NCBI GenBank assembly: GCA_963796275.1
Contig: CAWCKY010000007.1
Coordinates: 864,001-928,000 of the forward strand
Reading direction: 5' to 3'
Origin: an uncultured Acidobacteriota bacterium
Lineage (GTDB): Bacteria; Acidobacteriota; Blastocatellia; RBC074
DNA length: 64,000 nucleotides
Positions 43,480 through 54,500 of this stretch are shown here, in pieces. Numbering within the stretch: the first letter of the stretch is position 1; each line of letters begins with the position of its first letter. Below the pieces are notes generated by a model. The model was not told where the DNA came from. It did not search any database and was given only the letters and a program-made list of their open reading frames with translations. The position numbers were made by a program, and so were the translations under genes.

Positions 43480-44766
43480 ATGCAAATAAAAGACGTGCAA
43501 CATCGACACGACACGCATAGCGCGGTCTCGCGTCGCGGCTTCCTCAAGGGAGCTGCGGCTGTCGCTGCAGCTGGATCAATACCAGTTCTGACACAACGAG
43601 ATCAAGGCCAACACCATGTCGGCTCGGAACATGACAGAATTTTGGCTTATGTCGGCTGCTACACTCCGAATGGCCAGGGCATTTACCTCTTTGAGGTGAA
43701 CCCCGCAAGCGGAAATCTAACGCAAATCAAGGTGTTCCAGGGTACGGACACTCCTCTAGTTTCTACCATGAACCCGTCCTGGCTCGCCTTTGATCCGCAG
43801 AAAAAATATCTTTACGCTGGAAATGAGATCTCAAATTTTGGGGGGACCACGAGTGGCGCGGTAAGCGCGTTTGCCGTCGACCGTTCGAGCGGCGACCTGA
43901 CATTCCTCAATTCGATTAGCTCGCAAGGTTCCGGCCCCGCTCACCTCAGCGTCGACCCGTCCGGGAGATATGTGCTGGTGGCCAATTACGGCGGCGGGAA
44001 CGTGGCTGTCCTGCCCATCCAATCGGACGGATCGTTAGGCAATGCCACGGACGTCAAGAACGACGCCGACGCATGCGCGCCAAGTCCGTGCACCGTGGGC
44101 CCAACGCGCGCTCAAAACGCACCTCCGGGTAGCTTTGCCATCAGCGGCCACGACAGACCTCACGCCCATATGATCCAGACCGACCCAACAGGCAACTTCG
44201 TAATTGTGAGTGATCTGGGACTCGATCTGACGATAATTTGGAAATTCGACAAGGCGGCGGGAACGCTTTCAGATCCCAAGACCTTCCCGACGTCTCCGGG
44301 AGCAGGGCCGCGCCATTTTTCCTTTCACCCCAACGGTCGATGGTTCTACTCGCTCAATGAAGAGGCCTCCACGCTTGATTTCATGATCTACGACGCCAGA
44401 CACGGATCGCTGCAACCTGTAGAAGAAGTTTCGACACTGCCCTCTAAATTCGTCGGCACCAATTTCACTTCAGAAGTGATTGTCTCGCACGACGGAAAAT
44501 TCATCTATGCTGCCAACCGTCTTCACGATACCATCGCTATCTTCGCCGTCGACGGGACGGGGGCGCCGAGGCTGATCGGCGAGGAATGGACGCGGGCGGA
44601 TTATCCGCGCAGCTGCAACATCGATCCGTCGGGGAAATTTCTATTCGTTTGCAATCACAGAGGTGACAGCATCACTACGTTTCGCATCGTAGGAGGTGGG
44701 CGCGGTCTTAAGTTCACAGGCCAATACACTCCAGTAGGCAGCCCGGCTGTGATCGTCTTCCTCTGA
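43480..44766 (+). CDS. Tat-exported lactonase (6-phosphogluconolactonase/cycloisomerase propeller family)
   Basis: AGGAGG RBS, SRRGFLK Tat motif, NPSWL, VANYGGG, PHAH, DLGLD, GAGPRH, YAANR. Confidence 0.88.
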   Translation: MQIKDVQHRHDTHSAVSRRGFLKGAAAVAAAGSIPVLTQRDQGQHHVGSEHDRILAYVGCYTPNGQGIYLFEVNPASGNLTQIKVFQGTDTPLVSTMNPSWLAFDPQKKYLYAGNEISNFGGTTSGAVSAFAVDRSSGDLTFLNSISSQGSGPAHLSVDPSGRYVLVANYGGGNVAVLPIQSDGSLGNATDVKNDADACAPSPCTVGPTRAQNAPPGSFAISGHDRPHAHMIQTDPTGNFVIVSDLGLDLTIIWKFDKAAGTLSDPKTFPTSPGAGPRHFSFHPNGRWFYSLNEEASTLDFMIYDARHGSLQPVEEVSTLPSKFVGTNFTSEVIVSHDGKFIYAANRLHDTIAIFAVDGTGAPRLIGEEWTRADYPRSCNIDPSGKFLFVCNHRGDSITTFRIVGGGRGLKFTGQYTPVGSPAVIVFL

Positions 44767-44927
44767 AACTGGGCGTGGGTCAGAGAAAGGGAACTGCGTG
44801 GTCACTCACCCGCCACTAAGTCGCTTTGCAACTATAGTGGGGAGATCAGCCATCGATACTGCCGGGTGCTACACAAGGCGGATGGCTATGGAGTTAATCG
44901 TGCTAGCGCACGATCTCAAAAATTCCT

Positions 44928-44966
44928 CCCCATCCAAGCCGCCCAAGATGGCTGCTATGGATGGGG
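44928..44966. repeat. REP-like hairpin
   Basis: CCCCATCCAAGCCGCCCAAGATGGCTGCTATGGATGGGG. Confidence 0.5.
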
Positions 44967-45277
44967 TATCCTTTTGAGGTTTCTGATGAATCGTAGTTAT
45001 TCGATGATCGAGAAGAGAACTGCGCGATGCTCTCGAGGCGACTCTTGCAGCTGGCTCGCCTCCTGAGGGTAAACTACAACCGCGGTCTCGGCCGCAGCCT
45101 TGTCGCTTCACATATCTCCTGCGACTGGATTTGCTCGAACCATCCGCTAGTTACCGCTGTATCACTTGCAGTCGATTATGGAGTTGAGAAGGAGACGCAC
45201 CGAGATATCATATCTAACTAGGAGGGCATCAAACCGTGGGGTAGGCCTCCAACAGGAGTAGATCAGGAATTACAGAT

Positions 45278-47659
45278 ATGCCCGCTAAACATAATCGACT
45301 AATGAAATATCAATTGCTGATCTCGGGGATAGTTATAACCCTTATCGCCTGGGTTATAGGGCAGGATGTTCTACCTGGAACCGCTTCGTTGACTGCGCAG
45401 GGCGATCCCGCAGCCCAGATGCCGGGAACCTCTCCCTTGACAGAGCAAGGCGATCTCGCAGCTCAGATGGTGGGTGGCATAAACGATTATCTCATTCGTG
45501 AATCAGCTCAAGCCGCACGCGACCGCGAGCTCTTCTGGCAACGCGATTTCTCGACGCCGGAAGCATACAATCGCTCGATTGAGCCGAATCGGAGGAATTT
45601 GCGGCGGATTATTGGGGCATTGGATCAAGCAATGCCAGCGAAAGCTCTTGAATTCGAGGCTTCGACAAGGGTGCCGTCGCTCGTCGGGAAAGGAAAAGGC
45701 TATAAGATTCACGCCGTCAGATGGCCGGTATTTCCTGGTGTGTATGCCGAGGGACTGTTTCTCGATCCGGATAGCCCGCCACTGGCGCGAGTTGTCGCAT
45801 TGCCGGACGCGGATTGGCAACCGGAGGCGCTGGCCGGCTTGACGACGGATCTTCCACCGGCGGCTCAGTTCGCCCGGCGCCTTGCTGAGAACCGTTGTCA
45901 GGTGTTGGTACCCGTGCTGATCGACCGGAAGGATACCTGGTCCGGCATCCCCGTATTCCGCATGACTAACCAGCCTCACCGCGAATGGATATATCGCATG
46001 TCTTTCGAGGTAGGCCGGCACATTATCGGGTACGAAGTCGAGAAGGTGCGCGCGGCGGTGGACTGGTTCTCCAGCGAAAACGTGAGTCGACCCGCGCCAA
46101 TCGTAGTTGTCGGCTACGGCGAGGGAGGGCTTGTCGCGTTCTATACTGCCGCGTTTGACAGACGTATCGCCGCGGTGTTGGTGAGCGGATATTTCCAGCC
46201 GCGCGAGCAATTGTGGAAAGAGCCGATCTATCGCGATGTGTGGGCACTGCTTCGCGAATTTGGCGATGCGGAGATAGCGAGCATGATTGCGCCGCGCGGA
46301 CTCGTGGTGGAAGCGAGCACCATCCCCAAAGTGATCGGACCGCCATCTGCGACGCAGCAGCGGCGAGGCGCCACTCCGAATGGTGCGCTGACCACGCCGG
46401 CATTCGAAGATGTGCGAGCCGAGGTGGAGCGTGCGCGGCCTGTTTTCACCAGCCTGAATCGTTCCGAGAATTTGAAGCTGATCCCGGTTGGCGATGAAGC
46501 AGGATTGCCGGGCACGGACGCTGCCCTCTCGGCTGTGCTGAGTCTGGCCGGGGTCAAGCAGAGATTCGCCGCTCCAGCGCCCCCGCCGGAGAACCTACGC
46601 TCCAACTTCGATCCATCCGAACGGATGCACCGGCAATTCGATCAACTCGTCGAGCACACGCAGCGGCTCGTCCGTCTGTCTCCCGCGCGCAGAACGGAGT
46701 TCTGGGCGAAAGCCGACGCCACCTCGCCCGAGAGTTGGAAGGCATCCACCGACTTTTACCGCGATTACATCTGGAATGAGGTGATCGGCCGGATGCCGAC
46801 GCCGAATGTCCCGGCCAATCCGCGCACCCGACTAATCTATGACCAGCCGAAATTCCGCGGATACGAAGTAATGCTGGATGTCTGGTCTGGCGTGTTTGCC
46901 TACGGAATTATCCTCATCCCCAAAGATATTCGACCCGGCGAAAATCGCCCCGTGGTGGTCTGTCAGCATGGGTTGGAAGATCGGCCGACCCGGCTCACAG
47001 ACCCAGATGTAGACAACCCCACCTATCATCGGTTCGCCGTCCGGCTGGCTGAAGAAGGGTTCGTCGTCTACGCACCGCAGAATCCGTATATCGGCCAGGA
47101 CCGCTTCCGGATCATCCAGCGCAAAGCGCATCCGCTGAAACTATCACTCTTCTCGTTCATTATCGGGCAACACCAGCGCACACTCGAATGGTTGTCGAGC
47201 CTTCCGTTCGTAGATCCGGGGCGTATCGGTTTTTACGGCCTGTCTTACGGTGGTAAGACAGCGATGCGCGTTCCTCCATTGCTGGACGGATATGCGCTCT
47301 CCATCTGCTCGGCCGATTTCAACGAATGGGTCTGGAAGAACACGAGTATCGACTCCGGCTATAGCTATCTGCTAACCCAGGAATACGACATGATCGAGTT
47401 CGATTTCGCCAATGTCGTCAATTACAGTGATCTCGCCAATCTCATGGCGCCGCGGCCGTTCATGGTGGAGCGCGGGCATGGCGATGGGGTAGCATCGGAT
47501 GAATGGGTCGCCTACGAATACGCCAAGGTGCGGCGGTTCTATGAAACAAAGATGCGCCTGCCGGACCACACCGAGATGGAAGTCTTCGACGGGCCACACT
47601 CTATCAATGGCCAGGGAACGTTCGCGTTTCTCAGGAAGCATCTTCGCCGACCCAAATGA
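45278..47659 (+). CDS. Secreted double-domain alpha/beta hydrolase (dienelactone hydrolase or esterase-like)
   Basis: Two hydrolase halves: GYGEGG (no Ser) and RIGFYGLSYGG (Ser nucleophile), each followed by an APR motif. A 16-aa tandem duplication lies at 45374-45469. Confidence 0.8.
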   Translation: MPAKHNRLMKYQLLISGIVITLIAWVIGQDVLPGTASLTAQGDPAAQMPGTSPLTEQGDLAAQMVGGINDYLIRESAQAARDRELFWQRDFSTPEAYNRSIEPNRRNLRRIIGALDQAMPAKALEFEASTRVPSLVGKGKGYKIHAVRWPVFPGVYAEGLFLDPDSPPLARVVALPDADWQPEALAGLTTDLPPAAQFARRLAENRCQVLVPVLIDRKDTWSGIPVFRMTNQPHREWIYRMSFEVGRHIIGYEVEKVRAAVDWFSSENVSRPAPIVVVGYGEGGLVAFYTAAFDRRIAAVLVSGYFQPREQLWKEPIYRDVWALLREFGDAEIASMIAPRGLVVEASTIPKVIGPPSATQQRRGATPNGALTTPAFEDVRAEVERARPVFTSLNRSENLKLIPVGDEAGLPGTDAALSAVLSLAGVKQRFAAPAPPPENLRSNFDPSERMHRQFDQLVEHTQRLVRLSPARRTEFWAKADATSPESWKASTDFYRDYIWNEVIGRMPTPNVPANPRTRLIYDQPKFRGYEVMLDVWSGVFAYGIILIPKDIRPGENRPVVVCQHGLEDRPTRLTDPDVDNPTYHRFAVRLAEEGFVVYAPQNPYIGQDRFRIIQRKAHPLKLSLFSFIIGQHQRTLEWLSSLPFVDPGRIGFYGLSYGGKTAMRVPPLLDGYALSICSADFNEWVWKNTSIDSGYSYLLTQEYDMIEFDFANVVNYSDLANLMAPRPFMVERGHGDGVASDEWVAYEYAKVRRFYETKMRLPDHTEMEVFDGPHSINGQGTFAFLRKHLRRPK

Positions 47660-48042
47660 AGCAAATGGAGACGAGTCGTTATTGACCAGGTCGACCTGTG
47701 GCTACCTTAAATCGCTTTCTGAGTAGCCGACATGCGTCTGATAACAAATATCATTTGTAAGTGTATCCCTTCAGAAAACTAATTCTGTAACAAAAGGACA
47801 AAAGCTCTTTGGGAGAGGGTACATCTTGACACTAGATGCCGCTCTTTCCGACAATGGGGCCCAACCAATTCTGATGGGCGCGTATGTTAATCTGCGATTT
47901 AGATTAACCCGCTCAGCCTTACTGTTCTGATGATCTGCGGTTATAAATTCGATCTGTGGTTATACATTGCATGATCGTTCAAGAAATTTGCCAGAAAAAT
48001 TCACGTCTCGTGTGAGCTCACATCGAGAGGAGGTTCACGACC

Positions 48043-49357
48043 ATGAACAGACGCAAGTTCATAGCAGGCAGCGGTGCGGCACTTGCAACAACAGCCTGTT
48101 CTGCAGCAAATCCTTCTTCAGCTGCGAATCAGCGTAAACTCAGGATGGCGATTGTCGGCACGGGTTCACGCGGCTCATTTACGTGGGGTAGGGAAGTCGT
48201 GGAAAACTTCAGCGACGTCGTCGAGATCATCGGCTTATGCGATCACAACGGGAAACGCGTCGAGGCCGCGAAGCAATTGATAGGCACGTCCGCTCCCACC
48301 TTCACGGATTTCGACAGGATGATCAAAGAGACGCGCCCTGATGCCGTGACCGTCACCACGGTCGATTCGACTCATGCCCGTTATATTATCCGCGCTATGG
48401 AGCTCGGGTGCGATGTTATCAGTGAAAAGCCTCTCTGTACGGATGAAGAGCAATGCCAGGCTATACTCGACGCGCAGAAGAAGACGGGTAAGAAGATCAC
48501 CGTCACTTTCAACGGCCGCCACGGGTTGAAAGACAAGAAGATTAAAGAACTGCTGATGCAGAAGGCCATTGGCGACCTCATCTCGGTCGATTTCCATGAA
48601 TACCTCGACACAAGCCACGGCGCCGATTACTTCCGTCGCTGGCACAGACTGAAAGAGAATTCGGGCACGCTCCTCGTTCATAAGGCATCGCACCATTTCG
48701 ATCTTTCCAATTGGTGGATTAAATTCGAAGCCCACATCTGTGACGGCTTCGGGTGAATTGAAATTTTATGGGCGCAACAACTCCTACCGCAGTACACACT
48801 GCCGCCCATGCCCGCACAAAGGTGATTGCAAGTTTTACTATGATGTGACCAAGAATCAGCGGTATGTCAAACTTTATGTCGAATGTGAATCGGAGGACGG
48901 CTATCTGCGCGACGGTTGCGTCTGGCGCGAGGATATCAACATCTACGACACGATGTCGGTGATTGTCCAATACGAGAATGGCGTACGCTTGAATTATCTA
49001 GCCAACGCTTATCTTCCGTATGAAGGGCAGGCGATTTCGTTCAACGGGTCTAAGGGTCGAATCGATTGTAATGAGTATTCCGGTGGTGGATTCAATAGCG
49101 ACGAGTTACGAATAACGCGCAGCTTCGGTAAGTCAGAGGTGATATCTGATTTCGGTCCCCAACGTGAAGGTGGGCACGGCGGTTCCGATACTTCGGTCCA
49201 GGATTTGATCTTTCGCGGGTTACCGAAGCAGGATCCTCTGGGCCTTCGCGCGGATGTGCTAGCGGGCGCACTCTCGAGCCTGATCGGGATAGCCGCGCGC
49301 CGGAGTATCGAACGTGGCAGCCAAACTGTCAGGATCGGCGATCTGGTCAAACTCTGA
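48043..49357 (+). CDS. Tat-exported Gfo/Idh/MocA oxidoreductase, split by a +1 frameshift near 48721
   Basis: MNRRKFI, IVGTGSRG, SEKP, HGADYFRRWH, HKASHHFD, GGHGGSD. Removing one A gives WWINSKPTSVTASGELK. Confidence 0.88.
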
Positions 49358-49368
49358 GCGCGAATCTG

Positions 49369-51561
49369 TCACTTATCGTTGTTCTTTGTCGAAGCAACCG
49401 CGCCCCAGGGTTCGATCATGCGCAAATCCTTGCGCTTCAGGGCATGGTAACAGTCCGGCAAATCGAAGCTCCCAAGCACGCCTGGCAAGAATGAAGAGAG
49501 TGGCCACGCATATTGCTCGGATTCGGCTACCTCAGAGTACGAAGTCAGCGCGTTCTTTAATGTCACCCGTTTTACCTGGTCTGAAAGAACTGCGGCAAAT
49601 GTTGCCGGCAATGCACCCCATCCTCTGCCCACCAGGTGGATATTCGTATGTCCGCAAGCAGCCAGCCAGTCGAGCACGAGAAGCAGGTCGTAGGTCTTCC
49701 GTCCGACATAGGGGCGATCGAGCATGAGCGAGTGCGCAGCATAGAAATAATCGTTTCCGTAAGGATTGAGAAACGTATTCTCGCCGCTGGTGTTCGGCTG
49801 CGATTCGCCGATGCCGCGCACATCGCAGGTGAAGAATGCGGAGTCTCGCTCGGCCGCCGACAACTCAGCCAGCAAGGGGTCATCACGCAGCTCCGCGTCG
49901 CTCGAATGGTGGGCGACGTAGAGCGCCGCCCGGTCAGAACCGCGCGGCGGCCGCGATAAAAGGCGTTCGTCGCTCAGCCGATAGACCAGAGCAAGCGCAT
50001 CCGGTTCGGTCTGCACAGCATAGGTCGTGAAGTATGGCCTGGGATACCGGCGATTGCGCAGCTCGCGTAGTATCCGGTAATCGGGAGCGTGATCGGATTC
50101 GTCCGATTTCAAATTGCTCCGTTTACTCCGTCTGTTTCGTTCCCTCCAATCTTCCAGACGCAACGACTTGATCAGCCGATCGCGTAACTCTCGTTCGGCG
50201 AGTCCTGTGGGACGTTTCTTTCCTAAAGCCTCCGAGTCGGCGCGCGTGAAGGAATAGATGGGTCGGGAGCGCAACTCGGCGACTTGACCCCCAGGCGTGC
50301 ACAGGAGAGTTTCGTCTTCCTCAAGTGTGAGCTTCGGTTCCGTTATCCTGTCTAGTTGCCCCGATTGCCCCGATTGCTCCGAATGCCCCGTTGCGCGTAG
50401 GAACCAGCGATACATCGCTTCACGGGCAGATATGGAAAAACCGTGATAATTAGGGCCAATGGAGAGCGCGATGTTGCCTGGCGAACCAAGCAAGGTGTAA
50501 AGGTGTTTGAGCCTGCGGTAGGCTTCTTCCGCTCCACGAGCGTCAAAGTAATCTTTCTCCTGTGCGATGATGATGACCGGTTTTGGGGCCATGGCGGCTA
50601 AGAAGTCAGCGTGATCCAGTCCCAGCGCCAGAGCTCTTGGTGGACATTGCTCAGCGTCAGCGGAAAGCTCGTTCTCGAGATTGCGGCGGAATGTAGTAAC
50701 AAAACAGCTCGGCGCGGCCATCGTCCAGCGGCTCTCCACGCCGCAAAGCCAGGTTGTCATCGTCCCTCCGCCCGAATTTCCAGTGATGCCTATGTGCCTG
50801 GCATCGACTTCCTCGCGAGTCAGCAGATAGTCCAATGCCCTGATGCCATCCCAGGCCCGCCAGGCGCCGAAGAACTCACCAGTCAGGATTTGCTGGTGGC
50901 CGGCGTATTGATGCTCGGCCACGCCGGCGGCGAGCTTAAATTTTTCGGGTGAATATTGTCGCCGCTCTCCCTGGCCGATCGGGTCGAAAATGAGGCAGAC
51001 GAAGCCCAGACGCGCTAAGCCTTGCGCGAAGGACTGGTAGGTCTCCGCGGCCTTGCCATTGTCGGTATGCCCGCAAGAGCCGACCACGCCTGGCAGCGGA
51101 AGCTTACGGCCTTTGGGAATGTACAGGTTGGCCGTCACCAGGAAGTCAGGGCGGCTTTCGAAGATTACCTTCTCGATCCGATATTCATCACGCTCAACCA
51201 CGCCCGTGATGCGCGGATTAAGGGGCGTCCGCTCTGGCCACGGGCCGAAACTCTGTTGAATCTTCTGCCGCAGATCTCGTACGTACCCCAGAGCATCGGC
51301 GCGCGTTTTCAAGGCTGATCTGCGCTTATCGGCTTGCTCCTCAATCTCTCGAATGCGCTCGACGAAGTACTCCTGCATCATACGAGGAAACCGGTTGAGC
51401 GCAGTCAGCGGCGGGGATGAATCGTTCTCCGTGGCCCCTTCTACTGCCCTGATCAGTTGGCCCGTCGGTGAAAGCGCGAAGCCGGTTATTGAAAGACTGA
51501 TGCCGCGTAATATTGCGCGACGGCTGAAGCCCGCATAGACGTCGCGAGGTAATTGGATCAT
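49369..51561 (-). CDS. Double-domain alpha/beta hydrolase (acetylxylan esterase-like), probable Tat substrate
   Basis: Start MIQLPRD after GAGG, SRRAILR, DPIGQGER, GITGNSGGG (Ser nucleophile). The second half has GRGWGA (no Ser). Confidence 0.82.
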   Translation of the reverse strand: MIQLPRDVYAGFSRRAILRGISLSITGFALSPTGQLIRAVEGATENDSSPPLTALNRFPRMMQEYFVERIREIEEQADKRRSALKTRADALGYVRDLRQKIQQSFGPWPERTPLNPRITGVVERDEYRIEKVIFESRPDFLVTANLYIPKGRKLPLPGVVGSCGHTDNGKAAETYQSFAQGLARLGFVCLIFDPIGQGERRQYSPEKFKLAAGVAEHQYAGHQQILTGEFFGAWRAWDGIRALDYLLTREEVDARHIGITGNSGGGTMTTWLCGVESRWTMAAPSCFVTTFRRNLENELSADAEQCPPRALALGLDHADFLAAMAPKPVIIIAQEKDYFDARGAEEAYRRLKHLYTLLGSPGNIALSIGPNYHGFSISAREAMYRWFLRATGHSEQSGQSGQLDRITEPKLTLEEDETLLCTPGGQVAELRSRPIYSFTRADSEALGKKRPTGLAERELRDRLIKSLRLEDWRERNRRSKRSNLKSDESDHAPDYRILRELRNRRYPRPYFTTYAVQTEPDALALVYRLSDERLLSRPPRGSDRAALYVAHHSSDAELRDDPLLAELSAAERDSAFFTCDVRGIGESQPNTSGENTFLNPYGNDYFYAAHSLMLDRPYVGRKTYDLLLVLDWLAACGHTNIHLVGRGWGALPATFAAVLSDQVKRVTLKNALTSYSEVAESEQYAWPLSSFLPGVLGSFDLPDCYHALKRKDLRMIEPWGAVASTKNNDK

Positions 51562-51577
51562 TGAAATCCTCACTTTT

Positions 51578-54500
51578 TCAGAAAGAAACTCTGAGAGCGA
51601 ACTGTATAATACGCGGGTTTCCCGCGCTTTCAATGCGGCCCAACCTTGTAGGCGTGTTGACCGTGGTAACGGGGTTGCTGAGAGTGGGCGTATTGAAAGC
51701 ATTAAATAGCTCAGTGCGGAACTGGAGCTTTATCCTCTCGGTGAGCGGGAATACTTTCATCAACCCCAAATCGAAATTGACGGAGCCGGGGCCGCGCATC
51801 AAGTTCCTCGGCGAGGTCCCGAAAGTGCCAAGAGCTGCCGGGACAAACGCTCCGGTATTGAAGTAGCGGTCGATTTTCTCCGACCGCGATCGGTCTCTAT
51901 CCAGGTATGGATCGCCCACCAGATCTGCGAACGACGAGCCCAGGCCGCTAAATGCTCGGTCCGTCCCCGATGAAATGGAAAATGGGAAGCCGCCGCGCAA
52001 CGTGGAAATCCCGCTGAACTGCCACCCGCCCAGCACGAGTCGCGCAATCGGTTTTTGCTGTCTCAAATCCGGTAGCGACCAGACGTGTGAGATTACCAGG
52101 CGATGGGTTATGTCGAAATCCGACACTCCACGGTTCAACCTGAGGTTTAAGGGGACAACCTGCGAGACATTCTGCGGTGTTGTGTCAGCTGAGGCTTCGT
52201 CGATTGACTTCGAGTACGTGTAGTTCACCTCGAATGAAAGGTTGTTGGTCACCCGCCGCTCAACCGAGACCTGCAGGCCGTGATAGCTCGCTGTGCTGTC
52301 AGAGTTGGTGGTCAGAATTGCGCTGAAGTCGTGGTATGGGCGCCGCTCCTGTATGTTGCTGGTGTCCGCTCCGGATGCGTGGCGCGCATAATTCAGATCA
52401 TCGGTGTAACTAAGGTGGCGACCGAGATTGCCGATATAGCTGAGGCGGGCTACCAGGTCACGCGCCACCTCGCGCTCCACCGTGATGTTGAAGGTCTCCT
52501 GATAGCTCGGCCGGAAATCAGGAGCGAAGGACCCGAATCTACCCAGCGGTGTGAAAAATTGAGAATCTCCGGGAGGTACAAAAGGAGCGAAGCTGGTGGG
52601 GAAGGGATTTCCGACATTGGCAAACGGGTCTTCGAAGCGTACGCCGAAGCGCGTCACCTGTGGGCTGAACGGAGCGGAATTTACGAAGCCATTGTAAAGG
52701 GAAGTGAACTGTGGATTCCAGAACAAACCAAAACCGCCCCGTATGACAGTGCGGCCATCCGGTACGCGCCAGGCGAATCCGAGGCGTGGCGCGAGCTGCT
52801 TCCAGTAAGGGGTGAAGCCACCCTTGGGGCATCCTGGATCGCCGGCATGGAGGTATCCTGCCGGACCGTTGGGGAAACGCTCGGATTTCGCGCCAGGCAC
52901 GAAGCATTGGGTTCGCCCCAGTTCATCGTGGAAGGGAAACATAGGGTCCCAGCGCAATCCAGGAGTGAGCGTGAGATTGGAGTTCACTCTCCAGGCATCC
53001 TGCACGAAAAAACCCCATCTGGTGCCGTAAAGCTCCTTATACTCACCGCCGCCCTGATCGAACTGGTACGCCTCGCCCAACATGAAATCAGCCAGCGCGT
53101 TGCCAGTGATGTTGCCGTTGAAATTGAACAACCCCCATGTGCGGAAGTGGTTTTTGATGTCGTTTTTCGAGCGTAGTATTTCGCCGCCAAGCTTAATTTC
53201 ATGGCTGCCGGTCATCCAAGTGACGCTGTCGGAGAGATGAATATCGTAGTCATGTTTATCATAGTTCCAGCCGGGCCGAGCAGAAAACGCGTTTGCGACA
53301 TTTATGTACAGGGATGGAGGGTCCTGGACTGCAATACCTTTGACGCCGGCCCGCGCGAAGTCGATAGGTAACTCGATTGAACTCCAGTCATATAAGGTGC
53401 GGCGCCACCGAAGCGCTACCGTGGCTGTATTTATCAATTGCGGGGAGATGGTGAAGATGTCGCTGATAGTGAGCAGATTATATGGTTGCGTCGTGCGTCC
53501 GACTTCATCTGCGAACATGGAAGACAGGTCATCGACCTTTCCGGTGAACGGCCGCTGAAAGCGCTGCCAGAAATATCGCGCTGACAGGCGATGATTCCCG
53601 AGATTTACGTCCACTTTGGCGGTTAATTCGTCTTCCCCGGTTTTCACGGGGACTCCCACGAATCGTTGACCGTCCGGAGTTCCAGGGTCTGGGATGTACT
53701 TTAAAAATGAGAGAGTCACCGGATTGAGCCGTTGTTCAGGTATCTGGTTGTCCGGGAACTGACTATTGGTTAGTGGATCGATGATAGGGTCAAAGCCGCT
53801 GAAATCGCCGCGGCGCATGGCGGCGGTTGGCAGGAACTGTCGGTTCAGTTGTGGGTCGCTCCTCGTTATGGTTCGTTGATACGAGCCGAAGAAGAATAGG
53901 CGATCTTTGCGGATGGGGCCGCCGAGGGTACCGCCGAACTGCGAACGCTTAAGCGAGTCTCGTCGTGCAGCGAAGAAATTTCGCGCATTGAAAGCACCAT
54001 TACGCAGGAACTCGAAGGCCGAGCCGTGGAATTCGTTGGTGCCGGACTTAGTTACCACACTCACCACTGCGCCTGTCGCGTTCGCAAACTCGGCGCTGAA
54101 GTTGCTCTTCTGTATGCTAAACTCCTGAACTGCATCGGGGTTGGGGAACACGCCGCTGTAGTTGCGATAGGAGTCCGTATTCATCCCGCCATCCAGCAGG
54201 AAGTACACGCCGCTTTGCCGGCTGCCATTAACTACGAAGGCATCTCCCTCTGTGGTACCTGAAGCGCGCTGAATGACACTGGCTTGAATGGCCATGAGCT
54301 GTGTAATTTGGCGGCCATTGAGAGGGAGGTCGGCGATGCGCTGTTGATCCACCAGCCCGCGGATGGTGCCGGTCTGGGTTTCCAGCAGAGACGCTGCGCC
54401 AGTTATCTGTACTGTCTCGCTTGCCGTCCCGATTTCGAGCTTGAAATCCAGGCGGGCCACCTGGTCGACCTGCAATGTGATCCCGGACCTGCTGATCGGC

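Noticed and set aside
44990-45160. RELRDALEATLAAG, resembling a thioredoxin-like C-terminus
   Set aside because: Too short and generic to support a call.
51562-51702. N-terminal extension of ORF 49369-51702
   Set aside because: It overlaps the TBDR end. The RBS supports ATG 51561.
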